Source: Betaproteobacteria bacterium | GTDB lineage: Bacteria > Pseudomonadota > Gammaproteobacteria > Burkholderiales > SG8-39 | Reading direction: 5' to 3' | Assembly: GCA_025358705.1 (NCBI GenBank) | Contig: JANYII010000073.1 | Location: 1 to 45,258, forward strand | Length of the DNA: 45,258 bases | In this document: piece by piece, positions 18,667 through 27,156 of the stretch | Layout of the letters: every line of letters starts with the position of its first letter | How positions within the stretch are numbered: the first letter of the stretch is position 1 | The notes under the pieces: generated by a model | Databases searched by the model: none | Seen by the model: the letters and a program-made list of their open reading frames with translations, nothing else | What the model was told of the DNA's origin: nothing | Made by a program: the position numbers and the translations under genes

Positions 18667-19502
18667 CCCTGCACAAGCCGAAGCTGGTCGTGCCGGCGGG
18701 TGCGACCGACACGCACATCCATATCTATTTGCAGGACGCGCCCGCCGTACCGGGTGGCCCGCCAATCCCGGGGCATTTCCCTGCCGAGAAGTACCGCGAG
18801 ATGCAGAAGCGCCTCGGCCTCGAGCGCGTGATCGTGGTGCAGCCGAACGCCTACCAGGACGACAACCGTGTCACGGTGGAAGCGATCAAGGGCTTCGGTC
18901 CGGGCGCGAAAGGCGTCGGCGTCGTGAAGCTGGGTGTATCGGATGCGGAGATCGAACGATTGACCAAGGCCGGCATCGTCGGCCAGCGCATCTTCCAGAT
19001 GCAGTGGGGCGCGGTCGGCTTCGACCGCATGCATGAAGTCATGGCGCGCGTGCATCCCTTCGGCTGGTTCGCCAATGTCCAGCTCGACGGCCGCGAGCTG
19101 CCGCAATGGGAAGAAACCATCAAGCGCCTGCCCGGAAAATTCGTCATTGACCACATCGGCAAATTCCTCGAGCCGGTCACGGTCGATTCGGAACCCTTCA
19201 AGGCGCTGCTGCGCCTGCTGGACACCGGCCGCTGCTACCTCAAGCTTGCCGCCGCCTATGAAACGTCGAGGACGGGCGCACCGGCCTACGAAGACGTCAG
19301 CCGTCTCGCGCGTGTCCTGGTGAAGCACGCCCCCGAGCGCATGATCTGGGCCAGCAACTGGCCGCATCCCTCGGCGCCGAAAGACAGGGTGCCGGATGAC
19401 GCGGACCTGCTGGACCTGCTGCTGGATTGGGCGCCGGACGAAGCCGCGAGAAAGAAAATCCTGGTCGACAATCCTGCACAACTCTACGGATTTCCGAAAT
19501 GA
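18663..19502 (+). CDS. Amidohydrolase-2 family protein (LigI / COG3618-like lactonase-type hydrolase)
   Basis: GTGA overlap with the udh-like stop. N-terminal metal motif DTHIHIY, then WASNWPHP and a distal Asp region. 279 aa. Confidence 0.75.
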   Translation: MTLHKPKLVVPAGATDTHIHIYLQDAPAVPGGPPIPGHFPAEKYREMQKRLGLERVIVVQPNAYQDDNRVTVEAIKGFGPGAKGVGVVKLGVSDAEIERLTKAGIVGQRIFQMQWGAVGFDRMHEVMARVHPFGWFANVQLDGRELPQWEETIKRLPGKFVIDHIGKFLEPVTVDSEPFKALLRLLDTGRCYLKLAAAYETSRTGAPAYEDVSRLARVLVKHAPERMIWASNWPHPSAPKDRVPDDADLLDLLLDWAPDEAARKKILVDNPAQLYGFPK

Positions 19503-20050
19503 CCAAAATCCTTGGCATCTCAGGCAGCCTGCGTCAGGGCTCCTACAATTTCGCGCTGCTCAAGGCCGCTGTCCAGCTGGCGCCGGAGGGAACGCAGATC
19601 GAGATTGGATCGATCAAAGGCATTCCTCTCTATGATGGCGACGCCGAGGCCGCGTCCGGGATTCCGGAGCCGGTGAAATTGTTGAAGACGCAAATCCTGG
19701 CGTCGCAGGGACTGCTGCTGGTCACGCCCGAATACAACAACGGCATGCCGGGCGTATTCAAGAACGCCATCGACTGGCTCTCACGCCCGGCATCGGATAT
19801 CCCGCAGCTCTTCGGCGGCCGGCCGGTGGCGGTGATCGGCGCCTCGCCCGGCGGCTTCGGCACCATTCTCGCGCAGGACGCCTGGCTGCCCGTGCTGCGC
19901 ACGCTCGGCACGCGCCCCTGGTTCGGCGGCCGGTTGATGGTGTCCCGCGCGCATCAGGTCTTCAACGCGGCGGGAGAACTGACGGACGAAAAGCTGCGCG
20001 TGCAGCTGCGCGATTTCCTGCGCGGCTTCGCCGAATTTTCGGCGCGCTAG
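19499..20050 (+). CDS. NADPH-dependent FMN reductase family protein
   Basis: ATGA overlap with the upstream stop. MTKILGISGSLRQGSYN and LLLVTPEYNNGMPGVFKNAIDWLSRP are classic for the family. 183 aa. Confidence 0.85.
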   Translation: MTKILGISGSLRQGSYNFALLKAAVQLAPEGTQIEIGSIKGIPLYDGDAEAASGIPEPVKLLKTQILASQGLLLVTPEYNNGMPGVFKNAIDWLSRPASDIPQLFGGRPVAVIGASPGGFGTILAQDAWLPVLRTLGTRPWFGGRLMVSRAHQVFNAAGELTDEKLRVQLRDFLRGFAEFSAR

Positions 20051-20069
20051 TTCGCCGTGCCGCGCTGCG

Positions 20070-20795
20070 TTATTCGTTGATCAGCGCCGACAGCAATTCA
20101 TTTACCTGCTCGGGCGCTTCCAGTTGCGGGAAGTGGCCGGCGCCGGAAATGAGTTCGATCTGCGCCTGCGGCGCCTGGCGGCGCACCATGTCCAGCCAGG
20201 GGCTGGTTTCTCCGTCCTTGATCGCGACGCGCTTGCGCTCGGCGTTCAGGTAGGTGCTCTGGATCACCAGCAGCGGGACTTTCACCGCGGCGAGCGCCCG
20301 CTCCATGTTTTCGGCATCCCAGCGCGCCATGCGCGGAAACAGCGCCGCGCCAACCGATGCCGGCAGCCGCGTCGCTCGTTCAATGATTGCCTTGCCCAGT
20401 TCGCTCGGTGCGAGGAACATTCCCTCGAACAGGTTGCGCGCGAATGCCGGATAGTCGTCGACGGCCACCGGCGGGCGGGCGCCCTGGAAGCTGCCGTCGA
20501 TCAAGACCAGCGCCGCGACGCGCTCCGGCGCGTTCAGGCAGGCCTGCAGCACCACGCGGCAGCCCATGCTGTGCCCGACCAGCACCGCGCCCTTGAGGTC
20601 CTTGCCTTCCAGCAGCGCGGCGACATCCGCGCCGTAGGTCTCGATCGAGCAGTCCTCGGGCCGTGCATGGGTGCGGCCGTGGCCGCGCAGGTCGGGCGCG
20701 AAGATGTCGTGCTCTTCGCCAAAATGCGCCAGCTGCAGGCGCCAGTCTGCGTGCGTGCAGGCGAAGCCGTGCACGAAGACGATTGGTTTCGCCAA
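20070..20795 (-). CDS. Alpha/beta-fold hydrolase
   Basis: FVHGF oxyanion region, GHSMG nucleophile elbow, and GAGHFPQLE C-terminal His. 241 aa. The start lies 5 nt downstream of the DUF4340 gene stop. Confidence 0.8.
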   Translation of the reverse strand: MAKPIVFVHGFACTHADWRLQLAHFGEEHDIFAPDLRGHGRTHARPEDCSIETYGADVAALLEGKDLKGAVLVGHSMGCRVVLQACLNAPERVAALVLIDGSFQGARPPVAVDDYPAFARNLFEGMFLAPSELGKAIIERATRLPASVGAALFPRMARWDAENMERALAAVKVPLLVIQSTYLNAERKRVAIKDGETSPWLDMVRRQAPQAQIELISGAGHFPQLEAPEQVNELLSALINE

Positions 20796-20800
20796 GGGGT

Positions 20801-21871
20801 CTATTTTTTCTTCTCTTCTTTCTTGGCCAGCAGGTCGGCGCGTTTCCTGACGACGTCATCCAGCTTGGATTTTGGAATCAGGAGCGTGAATGCGGCCAGC
20901 GCCTTCTCGCGCGGCAGTCGCTCGTTGATTTTCTTCAGTCGTTCCTCCGCGTCCTTGCCCTCGGGTTTCGGCTCCCCCGCGATGGCGACGGTGGCGAAAT
21001 AGTTCTGGCCCTCCAGCCTGCCTATCTTGAGTGTGTAAGTGAGCCCGTCCAGGGTCGCCGCGGTGACGACCATCGGCTTGTCCAGCCCGGTGGCCTCAGG
21101 CTTCGCGTCCGCGGGCGCGACATCGGCAAGTTCGATCAGCGAGAGCGAATAGGAGGCCGCGTTCGCCCTGCTGCTGTCGAGTTTTTCGTCGCCGCGCGCG
21201 CCGGCCAGCTTCCAGTCGGCGTTGTCGCCCGGGCGCTCGATTTTCCAACTGGCGCCGTCGGCGGCCCGCACTTCCATGGTTTTCACCTTCTCGGCCGCGA
21301 AACCCGCCTTGCTGATCCAGTCGGCACTGCGGGTGGAGGCCTGCGTGAGTGGATCCGAAATGACGATCACCCGCTTTTCGTCGCCCGGCAGCGCCACGTA
21401 GCGCCCGTCGCCGTTGGCTTTTTCCGCGTTCTCGGGTTCGGCCTTGAAATATTTCCTGCCGGCCGCCAGCCGCGCGAGAGGCTTGCCGTCGGCGCCGAGG
21501 AATTCAATCCCGGTGCCGCCCGCGTCCAGCAGCAGCCGGGCGCGGTCCTTCTCGCCGATGGGCTCGGACTGGCCGATCTTCAGGGCGATCGCCTTGACGA
21601 CGAATTCGCGCACCTTGTCGATGTCGGCCGGAAAGCCGCCGCGCTCGGCGATCGTCCAGCGCTCGTCCTTTCTTGCGATCGTGATCGCATCCTTGGGCTG
21701 GCGGATTACGATTGAGGCGACCTGCGAGGCCTGCAGGCCCTTCAGCAGCGGCTGCCCGAGCGTTCCGCCATCGGCGGAATCACGTGCTCCCTGCTGCTGG
21801 AACACCAGCAGTGCGCCGCCCCCCAGCGCGATCAGCAAGACGACCAATACGCCCGCAATGCGTGCGTTCAT
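20801..21871 (-). CDS. DUF4340-domain protein, N-terminally membrane-anchored, partner of GldG-like ABC auxiliary proteins
   Basis: Start MNARIAGVLVVLLIALGGGALLVF (one TM), then a repetitive beta-rich periplasmic body and a Lys/Glu tail. ATGA overlap with the gldG-like stop. Only the 3' 356 codons of the 990-aa track ORF are used. Confidence 0.65.
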   Translation of the reverse strand: MNARIAGVLVVLLIALGGGALLVFQQQGARDSADGGTLGQPLLKGLQASQVASIVIRQPKDAITIARKDERWTIAERGGFPADIDKVREFVVKAIALKIGQSEPIGEKDRARLLLDAGGTGIEFLGADGKPLARLAAGRKYFKAEPENAEKANGDGRYVALPGDEKRVIVISDPLTQASTRSADWISKAGFAAEKVKTMEVRAADGASWKIERPGDNADWKLAGARGDEKLDSSRANAASYSLSLIELADVAPADAKPEATGLDKPMVVTAATLDGLTYTLKIGRLEGQNYFATVAIAGEPKPEGKDAEERLKKINERLPREKALAAFTLLIPKSKLDDVVRKRADLLAKKEEKKK

Positions 21872-23745
21872 GCAACTTGCTGCTTGCGGCGTTTCAGGAA
21901 GAACATCGCCAGGCCTAGCACTATTACCAGCAGCGGGATCAAGGCGATGTTCACCACCTTGGTCCAGAAGACCAGCGCTTCGGCATCCTGCCGCAGGTTC
22001 TTGCGCAGTTCCTTCAGTTCCTTGCGCGTCTCGGTGACGCGCTTGCGGAAGTTCTCTATTTCGAGTTGCTGCTCCGGGGTCATGAGCTGCGCCGATTTCG
22101 CCCCCGCGCCGCGCGCTTTTTGCAGCGCCTGCAGCTTCTCCGTGGTCTTCTGCAGCTCGTCCTCGAGGCCTTTCAGGCGGCCGAAGTACTGTGCCTGGGC
22201 CTCCGCTTCCATCTGGCGCACCACCGTGAGCGGGCGGAACGACGTGGCGCGGCTGCGCAGCGACGTGAGCGCGTCGCCCGAGGAGAACTGCTCCACCATG
22301 GCCTGAGCGAACGCGAGGTTGCCGTTGGAGGGCACCACGATGCGCCGGCCGAACACTTCCTGGATGTCCACGGCGGCGCCGTCGTTCAGCATGTCGACGT
22401 CGGCGACCAGGATCACCGAGTTCTCGGCCGCGGATTCCTTGAGCACGGATTCCTCTTTTGCATCCGGCTTTGCGTCTTTCTTCGCGTCGGATTTCGGTTT
22501 TCCGTCCTTGAACGCCGTCTTGAACTTGCCGGTGAGCCGCAGCGCGAGCGGCCGTTCCTTGTTGTCGGGCTGGAAGCCCTTCATCGACGCCTCGCCCGAG
22601 ACGGTCGAGACGATGTTGTCGACCAGCATCGAATTGGGCGAACTTTTCACGAGTTCCGTGACCTTCAATCCCTCGACCGGCTTGACGTCGAACGCGCCGC
22701 CGAACGCGTAGAGCAGCGTCTCGACCTGGCTCGTGACCACGTCGTCGCGGCTGAAGGCGGTGCGGTTGAGCGTCAGCACGGTCGGCGTGAGGCGCTGCCC
22801 CGCGCCCGAGGCGTACACCACGTCGGCCAGGACCTTGCCGGGATTCATTTCCAGGCCCCAGGCCTTGAACAGCGTGGGCAGGCTGGAACTGGTGCCGCCG
22901 CCGCCGATGCCCGGCATCGGGCTCGGCTGCTGGTCGAAGTAGGCATAGGGATCGACAAACGCGATCAGTTTGCCGCCGCGCATCACGAATTGATCCAGCG
23001 CGAATTCGGTCGCCTCCGGCAGGTCGCGCGGGTGGATCACGAGCAGGGTCTTGATCTCCGGGTCGATGGTTTCGGCGGTGAGCGGAACCAGCTTGACGGT
23101 GAAGTCGCGCTTGAGTTCGTTGGCGAGCACCCAGGGTTCGGAGCTCTGCCGCGTCATCGGGTTGAAGCGCTCGCCCATGATCGGCAGCGCGCTCATGAGG
23201 CCGAGCACCGGCCGCTCGGTCGAGGCGACGCGCGCGATGGCGCGCGCGAGGTCGGACTCGAGCAGGCGCTCGCGCTGCGCCGATACCGCCGGGATCGCCT
23301 GCTTGCGATCGAGCTGGCTCACGGCCAGGCCGAGGTAGAACTGCTCGCCCGAAAACAACTGCTGCGGCTCGACGCCGTCCAGCTGCGCCGCGTCCTCGTC
23401 CTCGCTGTCGGGCTTCGGGTTGTAGAGCTCGACCACCAGGTTGCCGCCGGCGACCGACTTGAATTCCCGGACCAGGTCCTCGACGCGCTGCGCGAAGCTG
23501 CGCAGTTGCACCGGCATCGCCCGCTCGCCGCGTGAAATGTAGAGCTTCACCTTGACCGGCGACTCCAGGCCGCGCAGCAGCTTCTTCGTGCCCTCGGAGA
23601 GCGTCTGGACCTTGCCGTCCGTCAGGTCGATCTTGACCGGCTGGAACGACACCAGGTAATTGGCGGCGACGAGGATCAGGAACAACGCAACCAGGCCGAT
23701 CGCGGAATAGGCCAGCGTCTCGTATTTCCTCATGAGCGCTTTCAT
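21868..23745 (-). CDS. GldG-like ABC-transporter auxiliary component (ABC_transp_aux family)
   Basis: 625 aa with an N-terminal TM (AIGLVALFLILVAANYLV), a large extracytoplasmic domain, a coiled coil (LKGLEDELQKTTEKLQALQ...ELKELRKNL) and a C-terminal TM. ATGA overlap with the ABC-2 permease stop. Confidence 0.7.
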   Translation of the reverse strand: MKALMRKYETLAYSAIGLVALFLILVAANYLVSFQPVKIDLTDGKVQTLSEGTKKLLRGLESPVKVKLYISRGERAMPVQLRSFAQRVEDLVREFKSVAGGNLVVELYNPKPDSEDEDAAQLDGVEPQQLFSGEQFYLGLAVSQLDRKQAIPAVSAQRERLLESDLARAIARVASTERPVLGLMSALPIMGERFNPMTRQSSEPWVLANELKRDFTVKLVPLTAETIDPEIKTLLVIHPRDLPEATEFALDQFVMRGGKLIAFVDPYAYFDQQPSPMPGIGGGGTSSSLPTLFKAWGLEMNPGKVLADVVYASGAGQRLTPTVLTLNRTAFSRDDVVTSQVETLLYAFGGAFDVKPVEGLKVTELVKSSPNSMLVDNIVSTVSGEASMKGFQPDNKERPLALRLTGKFKTAFKDGKPKSDAKKDAKPDAKEESVLKESAAENSVILVADVDMLNDGAAVDIQEVFGRRIVVPSNGNLAFAQAMVEQFSSGDALTSLRSRATSFRPLTVVRQMEAEAQAQYFGRLKGLEDELQKTTEKLQALQKARGAGAKSAQLMTPEQQLEIENFRKRVTETRKELKELRKNLRQDAEALVFWTKVVNIALIPLLVIVLGLAMFFLKRRKQQVA

Positions 23746-24467
23746 CGGTTGCGCAGCGCCATGCTGGTGGCAAACAGCGAAAAACCGATCACCGACAGGA
23801 AGTAGGCGAGATCCCGGCTGTCGATCACGCCCTTCTGGAAGCCGTCGAAATGGGTGACCACTGAAAACGCCGCCACCGTGTCGATGAACGCGGGGCTTGC
23901 CCAGCGCACCATCAGGTCGGTGACCGGATTGAAGCCCGCGAGGATCAGGAACAGGCAGGCGACCACCGACAGGATGAACGCGACCACCTGGTTGCGCGTC
24001 ATCGCGGAGGTCATGCAGGTGACCGAGAGGTAGGCGCCGGCGAGGAACAGGCTGCCGAGATACCCGGCGAAGATCATGCCGTTGTCGGGGCTGCCCAGGA
24101 CGTTGGCCGTCACCACCACCGGGAAAGTCAGCGCGAGCGCGATGCCGATGAAAAGCCAGGAGGCGAGGAATTTGCCGAAAATCGCCTGCCACGGCGTGAT
24201 CGGCATCGTCATCAGCAGTTCGAGCGTCCCGGCGCGGCGCTCTTCGGCCCACAGGCGCATGCCGACCGCCGGCACCAGCACCAGGTACAGCCACGGATGC
24301 CAGCCGAAGAAGGCGCCCAGGCTGGCCTCGCCGCGCTCGAAGAACTGCCCGGCGGTGAAGGTGAAAAAGCCGGTGAGCAGCAGGAAGATGACCAGGAACA
24401 CATAGGCCACCGGCGAGCCGAAGTAGCTGCCGAGTTCGCGCTTGGCGATGACGAAGGTATTTCTCAT
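23742..24467 (-). CDS. ABC-2 type transporter permease (GldF-like)
   Basis: 241 aa with six hydrophobic helices. N-terminus MRNTFVIAKRELGSYFGSPVAY is typical of ABC-2 permeases. ATGA overlap with the ATPase stop. Confidence 0.85.
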   Translation of the reverse strand: MRNTFVIAKRELGSYFGSPVAYVFLVIFLLLTGFFTFTAGQFFERGEASLGAFFGWHPWLYLVLVPAVGMRLWAEERRAGTLELLMTMPITPWQAIFGKFLASWLFIGIALALTFPVVVTANVLGSPDNGMIFAGYLGSLFLAGAYLSVTCMTSAMTRNQVVAFILSVVACLFLILAGFNPVTDLMVRWASPAFIDTVAAFSVVTHFDGFQKGVIDSRDLAYFLSVIGFSLFATSMALRNR

Positions 24468-25177
24468 GCCTTCACCGTGTCGGGGATCGTTAGCCGGCGG
24501 AACACCTCGTCCAGCGGCCGGCCCAGTTCATCGGGCGTGCCCTGGGCGACGATCCGGCCCCGGTCGATGATGATCGCGCGCGTGCAGGCGGCGTCCACTT
24601 CCTCCAGTATGTGGGTGGAAAACACCACCGCCTTGGTGCGCCCCAGCTCCTTGATCAGGTTGCGCACTTCGTGCTTCTGGTTCGGATCGAGGCCGTCGGT
24701 GGGCTCATCGAGGATCAGCACTTCGGGATCGTGGATCAGCGCCTGCGCGAGGCAGGTGCGGTGCTTGTAGCCCTTGGACAAGGTGTCGATGGACTGGTGC
24801 AGGACCGAGGACAGGAAGCACAGTTCCACCGATCGCGCGACGGCCTTGCGTTTCGCGGCGCCCGAGAGGCCGCGCAGCTCGGCGGCAAACTCGAGGAAAC
24901 CGCGCACCGTCATGTCGGTGTAGGCGGCGGCGTTCTCCGGCAGGTAGCCGATGAGGCGCTTGGCCTCCAGCGGCGATTCGGTCACGTCGTGGCCGCCGAC
25001 GCGCACGCGGCCGCCGGTGGGCGCGTAGTAGCCGGTAATCATGCGCATGGTGGTGGATTTGCCCGAACCGTTCGGTCCGAGAAAGCCGACCACTTCGCCG
25101 CGCTCGACCTTGAACGAGATGCCGTCCACGGCGCGTTTCGCGCCAAAAGCCTTGACGAGATTGTCTATTTGAATCAT
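24464..25177 (-). CDS. ABC transporter ATP-binding protein (GldA/CcmA-like)
   Basis: Walker A GPNGSGKST, signature LSKGYKHR, Walker B LILDEPTDGLD, H-loop STHIL. The start at MIQIDNL (codon 103 of the track ORF) gives a normal 237 aa. Confidence 0.9.
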   Translation of the reverse strand: MIQIDNLVKAFGAKRAVDGISFKVERGEVVGFLGPNGSGKSTTMRMITGYYAPTGGRVRVGGHDVTESPLEAKRLIGYLPENAAAYTDMTVRGFLEFAAELRGLSGAAKRKAVARSVELCFLSSVLHQSIDTLSKGYKHRTCLAQALIHDPEVLILDEPTDGLDPNQKHEVRNLIKELGRTKAVVFSTHILEEVDAACTRAIIIDRGRIVAQGTPDELGRPLDEVFRRLTIPDTVKA

Positions 25178-25247
25178 GGGGGGGTGCGCATTATCGCCGA
25201 AAACGTACCGCGGTTTAGAATGTAGTTTCCTGAGGAGGTTCCCTGCC

Positions 25248-26207
25248 ATGAAAAGACTTTCCGCACTGTTGTGCGCCCTGCTTGCATCGTTTGCCCTGCC
25301 CGGACAGGCGCAGCAATACCCGTCCAAGCCGGTGCGCATCGTCGTGCCCTTCGCTCCGGGCGGCGGCTCGGATTTCATCGCCCGTTTCATGGCGCAGCGG
25401 CTCACCGAGACGCTCGGCTCGCAGGTGATCGTCGAGAACAAGCCCGGCGCGGGCGGCGTGCTCGGCATCGAGCAGGGCGTCAAATCCCCCGCCGACGGCT
25501 ACACGCTCACGTTGATCGCCTCGAGCTATACGGTCAATCCGAGCATCTACAAGCTCAACTTCGATCCGGTGAACGACATCACGCCGATCATCCAGATGTC
25601 GCAGGGGCCGCTGATCGTCGTCGTCAACCCCTCGCTTCCAGTGAAGAACATCAAGGAATTCATCGCCCTCGCCAAATCGAAGCCGGGCGAAGTCACCTTT
25701 GCCTCCTCCGGGCAGGGCAGCGTGATCCATCTCGCGACCGAGCTGTTCGGCACCATGGCCAAGGTGAAAATGAACCACATCCCCTACAAGGGGACCGGTC
25801 CCGCGCTTACGGACACCCTTGCGGGACAGACGAACGTCTTCTTCAGCAGCGCGGCGAACGCGATGCCGCACATCAAGGGCGGCAAGCTGCGCGCCATCGC
25901 AGTGACGACCACCAAGCGCATCCCCGCGCTGCCCGAGGTGCCCACGATCGCCGAGTCGGGCGTGCCGGGATACGACGTGATCCTCTGGCACGGCCTGATC
26001 GGGCCGAAGGGACTGCCGCGCGCGGTGGTGGACCGCATCAACAGCGAAGTCACGAAATCGCTCAAGCTGAAGGAGACCGCCGAGCAACTGCAGAACGATG
26101 GCGTCGCACCCGCGGGCGGCCCGCCCGAGCAGTTCGCCGCACAGATCAAGAAGGAAATCGGCGTCTGGAAGAAGGTCGCGGCTGACGCCGGTGTCAAGCA
26201 GGAGTAA
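25248..26207 (+). CDS. Bug/TctC-family periplasmic solute-binding protein
   Basis: GAGGAGG Shine-Dalgarno. Signal peptide MKRLSALLCALLASFALPGQA-QQYPSKPV and the VVPFAPGGGSD motif. 319 aa. Coordinates follow the ORF-track frame. Confidence 0.9.
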   Translation: MKRLSALLCALLASFALPGQAQQYPSKPVRIVVPFAPGGGSDFIARFMAQRLTETLGSQVIVENKPGAGGVLGIEQGVKSPADGYTLTLIASSYTVNPSIYKLNFDPVNDITPIIQMSQGPLIVVVNPSLPVKNIKEFIALAKSKPGEVTFASSGQGSVIHLATELFGTMAKVKMNHIPYKGTGPALTDTLAGQTNVFFSSAANAMPHIKGGKLRAIAVTTTKRIPALPEVPTIAESGVPGYDVILWHGLIGPKGLPRAVVDRINSEVTKSLKLKETAEQLQNDGVAPAGGPPEQFAAQIKKEIGVWKKVAADAGVKQE

Positions 26208-27153
26208 CTGGCTGCTGGTGCTTGGCCTTGCCTGCGGCCCGGCGCTGGCGCAGAGCGGCTATCCTTCCCGCCCGGTTCAGTTCATCGTCACCTCGCCGCC
26301 GGGCGGGTCGAACGACATCTTCGCGCGCGCCGTCGCCAAGTGGCTGTCGGACGCGTTCGGCAAGCCCGTGGTGGTGGAAAACCGGGCTGGCGCTACCGGC
26401 TCGATTGGCGCCGCCTTCGTCGCCAAGGCGCCGGCCGACGGCCACAGCCTGCTGATGATTTCCTCGTCGTTCACGACCAGCGCGGCGATTCAGCCGAACG
26501 CGCCTTTCGACGCGGTGAAAAGCTTCGCCGCGGTGGCGATGATCGGCAAGGGCCCGCTGATCCTCGCGATATCGCCGAAGCTGCCGGCGAAGACGGCGGA
26601 GGAATTCTTCGCACTGGCGAAGGCGAAGCCGGGCGCGCTTAATTTCGCCTCCTCGGGGTCCGGCAGCATCAACCATTTCGCCACCGAGCTGCTGATCGAC
26701 GCGGCTGGGATCAAGATGACGCACGTTCCCTACAAGGGCATGGGTCCTGCGGTGACCGACCTCATCGCGGGCCACGTCGATGTCTTGATCGCGAGCGCTC
26801 CGTCCATGCTGCAGCAGGTCAAGAGCGGCAAGGTGCGGGGCCTGGGCGTGACGACCCTCAAGGCATCGCCGATCGCCCCGAACCTGCCGCCGCTTGCGGG
26901 CGCGGGCGCGCGCGGCTACGAGACCGAACTTTGGTGGGGCGTGCTGACCACCGCCGGTACGCCGAAGGATGTCGTCGCGAAACTGAATGCGGAGATCAAC
27001 AAGGCGCTCGTCACCGACGAAATGAAGGGATTCCTGCTGAACGAGGGCGCGGAACCGTCCCCCGTATCGCCGGAAGCGTTCGGCAGCCTTATCCGGAGCG
27101 ACATCGAGCGCTGGAAGAAGGTCGCGAAAGACGCCGGCATCCAGGCGGAATAG
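26191..27153 (+). CDS. Bug/TctC-family periplasmic solute-binding protein (tandem paralogue)
   Basis: The mature domain begins SGYPSRPVQFIVTSPPGGSND. The only plausible signal peptide, (M)SSRSNWLLVLGLACGPALA-Q, begins at in-frame GTG 26191, overlapping the upstream gene by 17 nt. ATG 26098 would add an Arg/Ser-rich extension inside the upstream gene. Confidence 0.8.
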   Translation: MSSRSNWLLVLGLACGPALAQSGYPSRPVQFIVTSPPGGSNDIFARAVAKWLSDAFGKPVVVENRAGATGSIGAAFVAKAPADGHSLLMISSSFTTSAAIQPNAPFDAVKSFAAVAMIGKGPLILAISPKLPAKTAEEFFALAKAKPGALNFASSGSGSINHFATELLIDAAGIKMTHVPYKGMGPAVTDLIAGHVDVLIASAPSMLQQVKSGKVRGLGVTTLKASPIAPNLPPLAGAGARGYETELWWGVLTTAGTPKDVVAKLNAEINKALVTDEMKGFLLNEGAEPSPVSPEAFGSLIRSDIERWKKVAKDAGIQAE

Positions 27154-27156
27154 TCG

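Noticed and set aside
20801-24294. Very long minus-strand ORFs (990 aa at 20801-23773, 808 aa at 21868-24294) that look like giant proteins.
   Set aside because: Only the 3' portion of each is a real gene (DUF4340 from 21871, GldG-like from 23745). The 5' portions are out-of-frame read-through across the upstream gene, with Arg/Gly/Pro-rich nonsense translation. The same applies to 12193-14115, 6557-8020, 5724-7211, 29696-31198, 35640-36668, 9561-10925, 10971-12191 and 24464-25483, which I trimmed to internal starts.
25141-25250. An apparent 1-nt discrepancy between my hand count of the printed sequence and the ORF-track coordinates around the ABC ATPase and Bug starts. This could have indicated a frameshift.
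   Set aside because: Both proteins translate continuously in the track with intact motifs, and both ends of the region agree with the track. I attribute it to my counting error and used track-frame coordinates (25177 and 25248).
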